From NCBI GenBank assembly GCA_965240325.2, contig OZ251225.1, positions 3,782,001-3,846,000 of the forward strand: a stretch of DNA of 64,000 nt, given 5' to 3'. A program made the position numbers and the translations under genes. The notes under the pieces are model-generated. The model made no database searches and had not been told where the DNA came from. It saw only the letters and a program-made list of their open reading frames with translations. This document shows positions 1 to 10,196 of this stretch, piece after piece. Positions within the stretch are counted from its first letter, which is position 1, and each line of letters begins with the position of its first letter. The stretch is from Rebecca billardiae RCC1528. Its lineage: Eukaryota > Protista > Haptophyta.

Positions 1-199
1 CACAATCACGTCTGAGTCGAGCGCCTCCGCCAGAATATGGCCCCGCCATACTGCCCGCACCATCCTCCTGACAATGGTACGAGAGCCACCACGTCGCGGC
101 AAGTCAGCACCGTCCACGTCCGGAGTGGTTGTCGGCCATCGGCGGATCGCCCCGGGCCGCTCACTGGCAGTTGTTCACTGCGACTCAGGAGGGCCGGCG

Positions 200-1894
200 A
201 TGGCGGCGTCCACGTGGACGGTGATGGGTTTGCTGGGTTTGCTCACGGCTGGCGTGGTGCGCTCGCACTGTGCGGTGCGCTACGCTCCGGCCACGGCCGC
301 GCTCCGCGCTCGGAGCGCGCGCGTGCGCGCGTGCGCGCCGGGCGCGGCGGCCAGCACGGCCGCGCCCCGCGCGCTCGTCGGGCAGACAGTCGATCTGGAG
401 ATCGAGTCGCTCACCTCGCTGGGCGAGGGCGTGGCGCGGCTGGAGGGCGGGCTAGTGGTGCTCGTGCCGTTCGTGATTCCGGGCGAGCGAGTGCGCGCGC
501 GGATCCACCGGCAGACCTCCTCGTACGCCGCGGCCGATCTAGTCTCTGTGGAGGCGGCTGCGGCCGAGCGGCTGCAGCCGCGGTGCGAGCTTTTCGGGCA
601 GTGCGGCGGCTGCCAGTACCAGCACATGCCGCTGCGGCTGCAGCGCGAATGGAAGCGGCAGCACGTGATCGACGCGTTTGCGCGCATCGGCGGCTACCCA
701 CAGCACGGCGACGAGCCCACGGCCGACGGCGTGACGGCCGCGCACTCCGCCCCCGCCCCACCCGCGCCTGCCCCGCTGGAGTCGCTGGTGGCGCCGACGA
801 TGGGCGCGGGGGAGGAGCACGCGTACGGCTATCGCTCGAAGCTCACGCCGCACCACGACGGGCCGCGCCGCCGCCGTCGGGATCCGCGCCGCGCCGGCGC
901 TGACGACGTGGCCGCCCACGGCGCCGCCCCGGCGGAGGCGGAGGCGGAGGCGGCGGCGGAGGCGGAGGTGGAGGACATTGGCCCGATCGGCTTCCGCATG
1001 GCGGGGAGGCGCCGGCTGGTCGACGTGCCGCGCTGCCCGATCGCCAGCGAGCCGATCAACGCCGCGCTGCCCGCCGTGCGCGCCGCGGCGCGCGCCGCCG
1101 CCGCGGAGAAGGCGGCGGCCGTGCGCGCGGCGCGCGCCGCTGGCGAGCGTCGCAAGCCGCCCAAGGGCGCAACGCTGCTGCTGCGCGACGCAGACGGCGG
1201 CGTGGAGACGGACCCGCGCGTGCGCGTGCGCGCCACGGTCGAGGGCATCCAGTTCGAGTTCCTCGCGGGCGAGTTCTTCCAGAACAACCCGAGCGCGCTG
1301 CCGCCGCTCGTGAGGCACGTGGTGGCGCGCGCGCGCGCGGGCGGCGCCGCGCGCTCTCTGATCGACGCGTACTGCGGCGGCGGCTTTTTTGCGCTGTGCG
1401 CGGCGGGGCACTTTGAGACGGTGGCGGGCGTGGAGGTGAGCGCGGACAACGTCGAGGCCGCGCGCGCCAACGCGGCGCGCAACGGCATCGCCAACGCGCG
1501 CTTCGAGGCGGGGCCCGTCGAGGACCTCTTCTCGCCGCTCGCGCGCGGAGCGGACGGCGCGTACGCTGGCGCGCACACGGCGGTCGTGCTCGACCCGCCG
1601 CGCAAGGGGTGCTCGGAGGAGTTCCTCGAGCAGCTCTTCGCGCTGCGCCCGCTGCGCGTCGTGTACGTCTCGTGTGACCCGGCGACGCAGGCGCGCGACG
1701 CGCGCCTCTTCGCCGCCGCCGGGTACGTGCTGCGCGAGGCGGTGCCGTTCGACCTGTTCCCGCAGACGCGGCACATCGAGTGCGTCGCCACCTTTGACGC
1801 GTGGCCGCCGCCTGCCGACCCGGACGGGGAGGGCGTGGCGGCCGAGGAGGCTTCGCTCGCGCTGTGCCCACTCGATCCGCCCGCATCGGGGTGA
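200..1894 (+). CDS. RlmD/TrmA-family RNA (uracil-C5)-methyltransferase with TRAM domain, probably organelle-targeted
   Basis: TRAM-like VDLEIESLTSLGEGVARL..VPFVIPGERVRA; Fe-S motif CELFGQCGGCQYQH plus later RCPI; FFQNN, DAYCGGG, LDPPRKG, YVSCDP, DLFPQTRHIE. ATG 200 (MAASTWTVMGLLGLL..) chosen over ATG 74 because it gives a signal-like N-terminus. Confidence 0.9.
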   Translation: MAASTWTVMGLLGLLTAGVVRSHCAVRYAPATAALRARSARVRACAPGAAASTAAPRALVGQTVDLEIESLTSLGEGVARLEGGLVVLVPFVIPGERVRARIHRQTSSYAAADLVSVEAAAAERLQPRCELFGQCGGCQYQHMPLRLQREWKRQHVIDAFARIGGYPQHGDEPTADGVTAAHSAPAPPAPAPLESLVAPTMGAGEEHAYGYRSKLTPHHDGPRRRRRDPRRAGADDVAAHGAAPAEAEAEAAAEAEVEDIGPIGFRMAGRRRLVDVPRCPIASEPINAALPAVRAAARAAAAEKAAAVRAARAAGERRKPPKGATLLLRDADGGVETDPRVRVRATVEGIQFEFLAGEFFQNNPSALPPLVRHVVARARAGGAARSLIDAYCGGGFFALCAAGHFETVAGVEVSADNVEAARANAARNGIANARFEAGPVEDLFSPLARGADGAYAGAHTAVVLDPPRKGCSEEFLEQLFALRPLRVVYVSCDPATQARDARLFAAAGYVLREAVPFDLFPQTRHIECVATFDAWPPPADPDGEGVAAEEASLALCPLDPPASG

Positions 1895-2496
1895 GCGCGG
1901 ACTGCGCAGGCTCCCTTGGTACTGCCGCCGATTGGCTATCATCGATGCTCCATCCATTCCTTCAAGTTCGGGGTCCCGTGCCCGCGGTGCCCGGCACAGG
2001 TCAGCATCAGCTCAGCTGTGAGCTGACACTGCATGGCAGCAGGAGCAGTGCTCACTGGATGATGGCTCGTCAGCATCGATCTGCATGCTACTTTCGTCTG
2101 ACAACTCGACGACACGACCGGGCACGACCGGCCGACTCACCGCGTCGGAGTGAGCGGAGACGTTGCCAGCACCCGTCGCGCCGCCGTAGTGCCCGGGGGC
2201 GGCCCCGCCGCAGCCCGGTGCCGGAAGTCTCGACCTGCCACTGCTGTGTCGTCAGCAACTAACAGTCAGTGGCGCACGACTATTTCAACCGCGCTATTTG
2301 AAATAACACGCGCACGACGACTGAATAACGGCAGGCGGGACTGGGAGTGAGGGACTTGCTGACGACGAAGTGGCTATAAGTCGTCGTCGTCATCGTCGGC
2401 GATTAGTTGATGAGGTCGCGCGGCGGATCGATTGCTAGCACTTGGCAGCCTGGCGCGTGCGCGGGCCGTGATGCGACGTCGGGCAGTCGCGTGCGC

Positions 2497-4335
2497 TCAC
2501 CACCAGGGCGCCCAGTCCTGACCCGTGTGCTGCTTCATCACCCTGCGCAGCTCGCTGACGCTCTTCTGGTACACGCGCTGCAGCCGCTCGCGCTCGGCCG
2601 CGGTGAGGTTCAGCCGCGCGGTCGGCTTGCTCGCGGTGCCGTTCAGCGTGGCGTTGCTCCCCACCTGCAGCGCCGCGCGCTCCTCGCACGGGCCGAGGTT
2701 GGCCGGCTTGCCCTTCTGCGGCGCCACGCCAAAGTCGAGAGGGCACAGCTTCTTCACCTTCTTGCGCTTGCCCGCTTCGGCCGGGCTGCTGCGCGGCGGC
2801 AGGCCGAAGAAGGCGTCGACGCGGTCGATCACGCCCGCCGTGTCCGCCTCCATGTCCTCCGTGCGCAGGATCAGCGTGCGGTTGCGCCCGACGGTGCTCA
2901 TCCACAGCTGCACGCCGCGCCAGTAGTTCTGCCCGAGCTCGATCATGTCTCGGTTCATCGTGTTGCCGATGCACGCCTTGAGCAGCCCGGTGTGCGACGC
3001 CCAGCGGAGGCCGAGCTTGGGGAGCGGCGGGTCGGTGCCCGTGTAGTTGGCCCCGCACTTGGGCAGGGGCCTGCCCCCCTTGCCCTTGCCCGTGCCGCTC
3101 ACCGTGCAGTCCGGCACCTTCTCGAGGACGGAGTCGCGCCACAGCCGCAGCGACTCGCCCGCCGACTGCGAGATCACGTTGAGCGCCGCCTCGAGCTCGG
3201 AGGGGGTGGCGGTGCCGCCGCCGTGGAGGGGCGAGCTGGGCGGCGCGGTGAGCACCTCGCGGAAGCACTCGATCTCGGCGTCCGAGAACACCGTCCGCAG
3301 CAAGCGCCCCTTGTGCGCCAGCTGCGCGTCCTCCGCGTGCACGGGCGCGGTGCCGTTGGCCCTGCCGGCCGCCAGCTCGTCCATGTACAGTTCAAACCCG
3401 CGCATGGCGGCGCGCGACATGGCGCGCGAGCGGTCGAGGATGAGGTGGCCGGTGAGGGACGAGCGCGCGTCGTCGAGCTGCACCTCGCAGCCCAGCATCG
3501 CCCTGCGCGCGACCTGCTCGTCCACGTAGTGCGAGAAGGGATGGCGCGTGAGCAGCACGCGCATCGCCTCGCGCGACTTGACGCACAGCTTGTTCTGCTT
3601 GCCGCCCGTCTCCGAGAGCTGGAAGGCGAAGCGGTACTGCGAGAGCGCGCGCTCGACGGGGATGCGGAGCAGCGCGACGCCGCGCGCGCTCGGGAGCAGC
3701 TCCTTGATGAAGCGCGCCGCCGTCCTCTGCAGCAGGTAGTTGGGCGACGCGTCGAACGTGAGCTGGCGCGAGCCCTCGGCGAGCTGCGGGAACTGCGCCG
3801 CCCACGCGCAGATCGGCATGTCCTTGTAGTAGTTGCTGAGGAAGTACGGCTCCTTCTCCTTGGGCGGCACGACGAGCGGGTGCTCCGCCACGTACTGCGA
3901 GAGCGCGGTCGTGCCGGCCTTCATCAGCCCGATGACGAAGAGGGTGGGCAGGCAGCGCACCACGCCCCCCAGCTCGTAGCACGGGCTGGTCGTGTTCATC
4001 CGCCGCCCGCAGAAGCGGCGCACCCAGAAGATCTCGTCGTCTTCGTCGAAGGACGAGCCCCCGCCCTTGCCCTCCTTGCCCTTCTCGTAGTCGCACCCGA
4101 CGGGCGAGTTGTGCAGCGAGATGCACGGGCCGTGCGGGTCGATGTCGATGCTCGGGTGCCGAGGGTGGCGCAGGGTGACCGGGGGGCCCCTGGAGAGCCT
4201 GCGCGCCGGTACCGGCCCCGCTCTGCCGCGTGGGTACTCACGCGAGAGGATGTTGTTCCCCGTGAAGAGCACCAGTATGCACACGCCGAGCGTGAGCGCC
4301 ACGGCGCGCCTCCAGAGCCGACCAGAGAACGCCAT
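2497..4335 (-). CDS. Type II membrane PAPS-dependent sulfotransferase (heparan-sulfate O-/N-sulfotransferase-like)
   Basis: N-terminal TM anchor (AVALTLGVCILVLF); 5'-PSB loop LPTLFVIGLMKAGTTAL; KEPYF; DASPNY; 3'-PB motif LLRIPVERALSQY. Confidence 0.85.
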   Translation of the reverse strand: MAFSGRLWRRAVALTLGVCILVLFTGNNILSREYPRGRAGPVPARRLSRGPPVTLRHPRHPSIDIDPHGPCISLHNSPVGCDYEKGKEGKGGGSSFDEDDEIFWVRRFCGRRMNTTSPCYELGGVVRCLPTLFVIGLMKAGTTALSQYVAEHPLVVPPKEKEPYFLSNYYKDMPICAWAAQFPQLAEGSRQLTFDASPNYLLQRTAARFIKELLPSARGVALLRIPVERALSQYRFAFQLSETGGKQNKLCVKSREAMRVLLTRHPFSHYVDEQVARRAMLGCEVQLDDARSSLTGHLILDRSRAMSRAAMRGFELYMDELAAGRANGTAPVHAEDAQLAHKGRLLRTVFSDAEIECFREVLTAPPSSPLHGGGTATPSELEAALNVISQSAGESLRLWRDSVLEKVPDCTVSGTGKGKGGRPLPKCGANYTGTDPPLPKLGLRWASHTGLLKACIGNTMNRDMIELGQNYWRGVQLWMSTVGRNRTLILRTEDMEADTAGVIDRVDAFFGLPPRSSPAEAGKRKKVKKLCPLDFGVAPQKGKPANLGPCEERAALQVGSNATLNGTASKPTARLNLTAAERERLQRVYQKSVSELRRVMKQHTGQDWAPWW

Positions 4336-4620
4336 GGTCCCGAGCGTTCACGCGGGCGCACGTGCGGCGCGGCGCTCGAGATTCCGTCGCGTCGTCACTG
4401 CTCTTGCTGATGCAATAAAACGGAATGCAGAACCAGTGTCCAGTGCGACGACCGCCGCAGTATTCGTTTACCCGCCCGCTATTTACCGCAGGTACGCACC
4501 TGCTACTTAAATACTTTATCTACTAGTGCATGGGTGTAACTGTTACTAGTTCTACGATGGTCGTCGGACAGCGCTTGATAGCGCGGCAGTCGGGCTGTGA
4601 CGGCGACTGGGCGCTACTCA

Positions 4621-6549
4621 CTATGGCCTGCGCACGCGTGGCGCGCCCTTCGGCTGCCCGGTCCTCGCCGTGAGCACTTGGGCGCGCGCGCGCGCGAGCT
4701 GCGCCTCGGAGGCGTTGGACGCCTTGAGCATGCGCATCCGCCGGATGACCGCCTGCAGGTACAGCGCCGTGCCCGGCGGGCCGCGCGAGAGCTCGAGGCC
4801 ATCGTACCAGTCCGGCCGCGGGAACGGCCGCGGGACGTTCGGCTTGGCCCACATCTGCGGCAGCTCCCTCAGCACGCGCGGCGCGGTGTACGTCGGCGAG
4901 GTGACAAACACGCGCGCGCGCGAGTGCAGGAAGGCGTGCTTGGTCGCCACCGCGGCCGACTCGGGCGAGAACACGCCGAACCACGTGTACGGGCGCGGCT
5001 CGTAGTCCGAGAGGTTGAAGGGCTGGCAGCTGGAGTACAGCCGGAAGAACTTGGTCCCCAGCTCGGCCGTGCCGCTGATCTCGTCCACGGGCGAGTCCGC
5101 GCGCCGCATCTGGCACATGGGCGCGCCGAGCGCGGCCGCGCGCGCCGTGAGCGTCGCCATCAGCGGCCGGCCGTCGCCCAGCCTCACCTCGTGCCACGCG
5201 GGCATGCCCGGCTCGAAGAGGCCGAGCTGCTGCGCGGAGACGCCGATGAAGATCATCACCTGCCAAGCGCAGCGGGGCGAGCGAGCGCCACGCAGCGCAT
5301 CGCGGCGAGAGCGCGGCGGGCGCGGTCTGAGCCGCGCGCGGCGCGCGTGGCGGGGCGTGCGCGGCGCGGCGCGCGGGCGGCGCAGCGCCGCGCGCGCGCG
5401 GCGGCGCCGTACGTGCTCGGTCCACTGCAGGTGGCTGTGCCACCAGCCCCACACCGCGCGCCCGCCAAGCGGCGGCAGCGTGCCCTGCTCCCACGCGTAG
5501 CTCGGCCGGTCGCCCGGGATGATCAGCGTGCCGAGGTACCCCTTGACCTCGTTGCGCGCGCCGCCGTTGCCGTACCCGAGCGAGAGCATGGTGAGCGAGC
5601 GCGGCGGCACGGCCGGCCTGGTGCGGAGGAAGCGCATGCCGAGGGTGACCCAGTGCTTGAGCGGCTCGGAGTGCGCGAGGCGCACGTCGTTCAGCTCGCC
5701 CCACGCCGTGAGCGGCGTCTTCATGCGCTGCACGAACCCCGGCGGGAACAGCCGGATGTGGCAGGCCGCGGCGCCGCCCTCGCTCTGCTTGCACGCGCTG
5801 TCGCCGTGCGCGATGACTTCGTGCTGCAGCACGTTCGAGCCGTTCTGCACGAGGTGGAAGTGGTGCTGGTGCAGCGGCGGGTAGTCGAGCAGAGCGCCCG
5901 CGGGCGTGCTCGAGCCGAGGAAGGTGCCGGTCAGCCGCACCTCCGGCCCGAGCGCGGGGTGGGTCACACGGAAAGTCTGCACGCCAGGCGGAGCACGCCA
6001 GGCGGACGCGCGCGGCGGCGCGCGGCGCGATGCGCGAGGAGCGCTGAGGCGGGCGGGCGCGTGCGCGCACTCGGCGCGCGCCGGGGCGCGCCGCGCCGAG
6101 CGCACCGATTCGATCCAGCCGTTCCCCCCAGTCGTCGAGAGCGGGCCGACGCGCACGAAGAACCAGTCCCCCGCCGCCCCGCCCGACGTGACGTTCTCGT
6201 CGTCGATGTGCGTCAAGCACCACTCCTCCGACACCGACCCGCGCACGAAGCGGTAGCTGCCGGGCAGCGTCGCCATGGGGCCCGGCGAGACGCGGACTGC
6301 GGGCGGCGTCCCGCCATACCGGTGGAACTCGCACGACGAGAGGGCCTTCTCCAGAGCCGCGCGCTGGCGCTCGCGCGCCGGCACGCCGGGGAAGATGGAC
6401 TTGCAGAACGTGCGGTACAGCTCGTCCGTGTGGCGGTCGCACGTCTCGGCCGAGTCGACCCACGGCGGCGAGGTGCTCTCGGCACGGGCGCGGCCGAGGA
6501 GCGGCGTGAGCACTCCGATCACGATCACGACCCTCACCAGCGCCCACAT
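4621..6549 (-). CDS. Secreted protein of unknown function with clustered His motifs (possibly copper-monooxygenase-like); 2 predicted introns
   Basis: Signal peptide MWALVRVVIVIGVLTPLLGRARA; frame-preserving GT-AG introns 5977-6105 and 5260-5412 remove Arg/Ala junk; motifs YPPLHQHHFHL, AHGDSAC, WWHSH. Confidence 0.65.
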   Translation of the reverse strand: MWALVRVVIVIGVLTPLLGRARAESTSPPWVDSAETCDRHTDELYRTFCKSIFPGVPARERQRAALEKALSSCEFHRYGGTPPAVRVSPGPMATLPGSYRFVRGSVSEEWCLTHIDDENVTSGGAAGDWFFVRVGPLSTTGGNGWIESVRSARRAPARAECAHAPARLSAPRASRRAPPRASAWRAPPGVQTFRVTHPALGPEVRLTGTFLGSSTPAGALLDYPPLHQHHFHLVQNGSNVLQHEVIAHGDSACKQSEGGAAACHIRLFPPGFVQRMKTPLTAWGELNDVRLAHSEPLKHWVTLGMRFLRTRPAVPPRSLTMLSLGYGNGGARNEVKGYLGTLIIPGDRPSYAWEQGTLPPLGGRAVWGWWHSHLQWTEHVRRRRARAALRRPRAAPRTPRHARRARLRPRPPRSRRDALRGARSPRCAWQVMIFIGVSAQQLGLFEPGMPAWHEVRLGDGRPLMATLTARAAALGAPMCQMRRADSPVDEISGTAELGTKFFRLYSSCQPFNLSDYEPRPYTWFGVFSPESAAVATKHAFLHSRARVFVTSPTYTAPRVLRELPQMWAKPNVPRPFPRPDWYDGLELSRGPPGTALYLQAVIRRMRMLKASNASEAQLARARAQVLTARTGQPKGAPRVRRP

Positions 6550-6720
6550 CTGCGCGATGCAGGCCGCGCGCCCCACGAGCACACCAAGGGGGTCACCACG
6601 CGTATCAACGCGGCCCCGGTTGGGGGCTCCGGAGGCACCACCCGACCGGACCGCCACCGGGTGGTCCGCCACGCGTGCTCTCAAGTTCCGCCCGCCGCCG
6701 GCTCCGTCGTGGGGGCGACC

Positions 6721-7036
6721 ATGGATGATGATAACAACGCGATCCTCTTCCCAGACTGGTGGGCCCTCGTGGTGGGCTGGGCCGTGCCAACCACGCTCGT
6801 GCTCGTCCTAAGCCCCCACGCCGCCACGCGGCTCTCGATGCAGATCCCCGAGCACGTGGACGTGGCGCAGATCAACGGGCGCGCACTCAGTCTTTGTCAA
6901 CCTCGGCATCGTGCTGGCGCTGCTGCTCAGCCTGCCGATGAGCATGGTGCAACTCGGCTGCTTCGGAGCGGACGACTGCAAGTCGCAGCTCGACCTGGCG
7001 TACATCCTGTGCCGCGTGAGCTCGACGATCTCCTGA
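6721..7036 (+). pseudogene. Frameshifted fragment of a small membrane-protein gene
   Basis: ATG 6721 gives MDDDNNAILFPDWWALVVGWAVPTTLVLVLS..INGRAL; skipping one base near 6889 continues VFVNLGIVLALLLSLPMSMVQLGCFG..ISstop, with coding-like codons in both parts. Confidence 0.45.
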
Positions 7037-7142
7037 CTCCTGCGTGGCGGCTGTGCCGCCACGCCAGGAGAACCGAGCACCGCGGACGCGACGCTATTAC
7101 GTAGTACGATGCTGACGACTGCTGATGCTCACACAGTTCCTA

Positions 7143-9836
7143 CTACTCGTACTTGAGCAGCGGTGCGTCGCTCCCTGGCGGGCGCAGGGCGAAAAGAGCG
7201 CGCGCGTACGCCGCCTCGTCGCTCGGCGTCGTGCCATTCTCGACGGCTTGCAACACCGCGAGCACGTGCGCTTTCTTGAACGTGGACTGAGCAGGGAAGC
7301 GCCCGCCGTCCCGGAAGTGGCGCGCGTGGTCGGCCAGCGCCACCTCGACGGTGAGCAGGAGCGCGCCGAGTGGCGGCGCCGTCATGCCCCGCGCACCCAG
7401 CACAGCGCTCAGCGCGCCGTGGTACTCGCTGACCCATGTGTGCATGGCGGCGGCGTCGCGCCCCAGCCACGCAAACAAGGAGGCCACGTCCTTCGCTGGT
7501 GGGCCTCGGCCGGCGTTTTCAAAATCGATCAGCTGCACCGACGGCTGCGCGCGCGCCGACGACAGCGCGCGCCCGGCGGCGCGGCCCGCTGCGCGCAGCC
7601 TGTGGAGCGGGGCACGCGCCGAGGAGGGCCCGGGGGAGCCGAGCCGCCGGCCGCTGGCGCCCGGCTCGGGCGCGCGCGAAAACAGCAGGTTCCTCGGGTG
7701 CAGGTCGCCGTGGATGAGGCACAGCCACGGGCTCGCGTTCAGCCACGCCTCGAGCGCGCGCGCGGCGAGCGCGAGCCGGGCCCACGGCGGCTCCGCCTGT
7801 GCGCGCAGCCTGCGCAGGTCGTGGCGTGCGAGCCAGTTGCCGAGGTTGAACCAGCCGCCGCGCGCGCTGAGGCCGCCCAGCTGCTCGGGCGTGATGCCCC
7901 ACGTCGAGCCGTGCAGCCGCGCGAGCGCACGCAGCGCCACGCGCACGTGCGCGTCCGCCCACGCCTGCGCGCGCAGGGCCGCGCCGTGCACCAGCTCCGT
8001 GCACAGCAGCAGGCCCTCCGCCGCCGTGTCGAGCACGAGCAGCGGGCGCGGCATCGGCACCGACGCGGGCGGCGCGGCAAGCCTCGCCGCGTGCCGCCGG
8101 TGGAAGACCGCCTCGTTGCGCAGGCTGCTGAAGTGCGCGCGCGCGGCCCTCGAGGCGGTGCCGTTGGCGGCCGCGCGCGGCCGGAAGCTCTGCTTGAGGA
8201 GGACGCGCCCGCCGAGGGCGTACACGTAGCCCACGCTCACGCCGTCAAATCGCAGCTGCTTAAGCAGCTCGACGCGCGCGCCCGCACCGCCGGCGCGCGG
8301 CGCGAGGTCGGGCCCGTGCGCGCGCTCGATCGTGGCGAGCAGCTCCGCCGCGCGCAGGCTGCTGATGACCTGCGGCGCGCCGGGCGCGGGCGGCACAGAG
8401 CCGTGCCTGCGCGCCGGGCTGCTCGAAGCGTCAGCTCCGCAGTAGCCGCGCGCGCCCCCGGCGGCGTCGCGCTTCTCAGCCGGGAGCGTGGGCGGCGGGG
8501 GCAGCGCCCACCCGCTCTGCTCGTACTCCCGCTCCGACGCCGCGTCCATCCGGCCGGCGAGCAGCTCCGCTCGCGCGACGAACTCATCCGGCCGCACGCC
8601 GATGCGGCCGAGCAGCTCGGCGACGACGTCCGCACCCGCCACAAAGCGCAGCGCGCGGCCGCGCTGGCGGTACGCGGCCTCGAGCCCGCGCACAGCGCAC
8701 GCGGGGTCCGCCGCGGCGGGAGCCTCGGCGGCGGGCGCCGGGGGTGCTGCATCGGGCAGGCGGCTCGGGTACGCCACTTCGCTCACGAGCAGCTCGGGCG
8801 GCTGGCCGTCCGAGCGCGCGCCGAGCACGAGCACGCGCAGCCCGAACCAGTCCGCGCCGTACGCGTCGCCCAGCGTGCGCGCGAGCGCGTGCAGCCGAGG
8901 CCGCAGCCGCTCGAGCGCTGGGCGGATGGCCGCGCACGCCTCCGCCTGCCACCATCCACCGCGCGAGGACGGCACGTGCTCACAGCGCACCGCCGCGCGC
9001 TCGCAGAAGGAGACGAAGACGGAGCCCCTCGGCCTCCTCCGCCTCCCCCTACTGCTGCCGCTGCTATTGCCGCCGCCGCTGCCGCCGCTGCTGCCGCCGC
9101 TGCCGCTGCGCTCCGGCGCGGACTCGGCCGAGGTGGCCACGCCCGAGCCGAGGATGCGCTGGCCCGCGCCGTCGAGCGAGACGTGCACGCTCAGCTCAAA
9201 CGGCCGCCCGCCCTCCGACCGCGCCGCAGCGCGCGCCCCCGCCGCGGCCGTGCGCGGCGGCGGTGCTGGGCGCACCCGGCCTCCGAGCAGCGGCCGCACC
9301 AGAATCCCTCGGTGTTCAAACGGCAGCCCGCGCGCGCTCCACAGGCGGCAGTGGCGCGGGCAGATGGACTTGGCGATGCGCTTGAGCTCGGCCACCGACA
9401 TGCCGAGCGGCTCCCGCACCACGTGCGCGCCCGCGCCGCCGCCGTCCGTGAGCGGCTGGATCACGAGCGCGCCGATGGGATGCGCGCGCGCAAACGCTTG
9501 CACGGCCAGGTGCAAGGCCGTGGGCGAGTACTGGGGCCAGGGCCCGAGCGGATGCGTGCAGAATGCCCCGTAGACGACGGGCACGTGCGGCAGGCCGAGG
9601 GCGCGAAGGAGAGCGCCCCCCAGCAGCTTGTTCTGCAGCAGGCCAAACGTCTGCCCTCGGCGCGAGCGCCGCAGCTGCCAGCGCACGTGCTGCGTGGAGT
9701 TGGCAGGCGCGATCGAGAAGCCCGCCGCCTCGATCTCGGGTAGCAGGGAGAAGTCCGAGCTCACACGCGCTCGCTCGGGCGTGGCGTGCGGCGCCAGCGC
9801 CGCGCACGACAGCAGGACGGCCACGCGCGCTCTCAT
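7143..9836 (-). CDS. Signal-peptide protein: degenerate ATP-grasp-like N-domain fused to APH/choline-kinase-like phosphotransferase
   Basis: Brenner motif LCLIHGDLHPRNLLF and LIDFENAG..KDVASL; upstream NEAVF and LLLCTELVHG. N-half motifs QNKLL, LVIQP..GGGAG, RGILV, PFELSVHV, ADWFGLRV, VSEVAYPS follow ATP-grasp motif order. Confidence 0.7.
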   Translation of the reverse strand: MRARVAVLLSCAALAPHATPERARVSSDFSLLPEIEAAGFSIAPANSTQHVRWQLRRSRRGQTFGLLQNKLLGGALLRALGLPHVPVVYGAFCTHPLGPWPQYSPTALHLAVQAFARAHPIGALVIQPLTDGGGAGAHVVREPLGMSVAELKRIAKSICPRHCRLWSARGLPFEHRGILVRPLLGGRVRPAPPPRTAAAGARAAARSEGGRPFELSVHVSLDGAGQRILGSGVATSAESAPERSGSGGSSGGSGGGNSSGSSRGRRRRPRGSVFVSFCERAAVRCEHVPSSRGGWWQAEACAAIRPALERLRPRLHALARTLGDAYGADWFGLRVLVLGARSDGQPPELLVSEVAYPSRLPDAAPPAPAAEAPAAADPACAVRGLEAAYRQRGRALRFVAGADVVAELLGRIGVRPDEFVARAELLAGRMDAASEREYEQSGWALPPPPTLPAEKRDAAGGARGYCGADASSSPARRHGSVPPAPGAPQVISSLRAAELLATIERAHGPDLAPRAGGAGARVELLKQLRFDGVSVGYVYALGGRVLLKQSFRPRAAANGTASRAARAHFSSLRNEAVFHRRHAARLAAPPASVPMPRPLLVLDTAAEGLLLCTELVHGAALRAQAWADAHVRVALRALARLHGSTWGITPEQLGGLSARGGWFNLGNWLARHDLRRLRAQAEPPWARLALAARALEAWLNASPWLCLIHGDLHPRNLLFSRAPEPGASGRRLGSPGPSSARAPLHRLRAAGRAAGRALSSARAQPSVQLIDFENAGRGPPAKDVASLFAWLGRDAAAMHTWVSEYHGALSAVLGARGMTAPPLGALLLTVEVALADHARHFRDGGRFPAQSTFKKAHVLAVLQAVENGTTPSDEAAYARALFALRPPGSDAPLLKYE

Positions 9837-9950
9837 GTACTACGCGGCTGCATCGCGCAGGGCGGTTCCCGCATCCCGGGTCCTGCCCTGCAGCTTGAAG
9901 CTGGTACCATCGGCGACGGCTTCATGGGCGGTGACAGTTGGCGGGCGTCA

Positions 9951-9998
9951 ATCTCGCCTGCCTGAGCTGTGTGCGTCTCTTATTCTTAGTAAACTGTA
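9951..9998. repeat. 48-bp dispersed repeat, copy 1 (identical to 59516-59563)
   Basis: atctcgcctgcctgagctgtgtgcgtctcttattcttagtaaactgta present twice in the same orientation. Confidence 0.9.
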
Positions 9999-10196
9999 GG
10001 TACTGACATCCCGACCAAGGGCCCTTGAATCTTGATATACAATACGACGTACTGTACAGTATCGTACTGTACTGTACAGGCTCCGTTGAAGATGACAATG
10101 AGCACGACAAGTACAGTACGTACCGATGACTGAACACTGTACCGTCGAGCAATAGCATGAGGCCAGCGGAGCGGAAGCTACTGATGTTCGTTCCGC

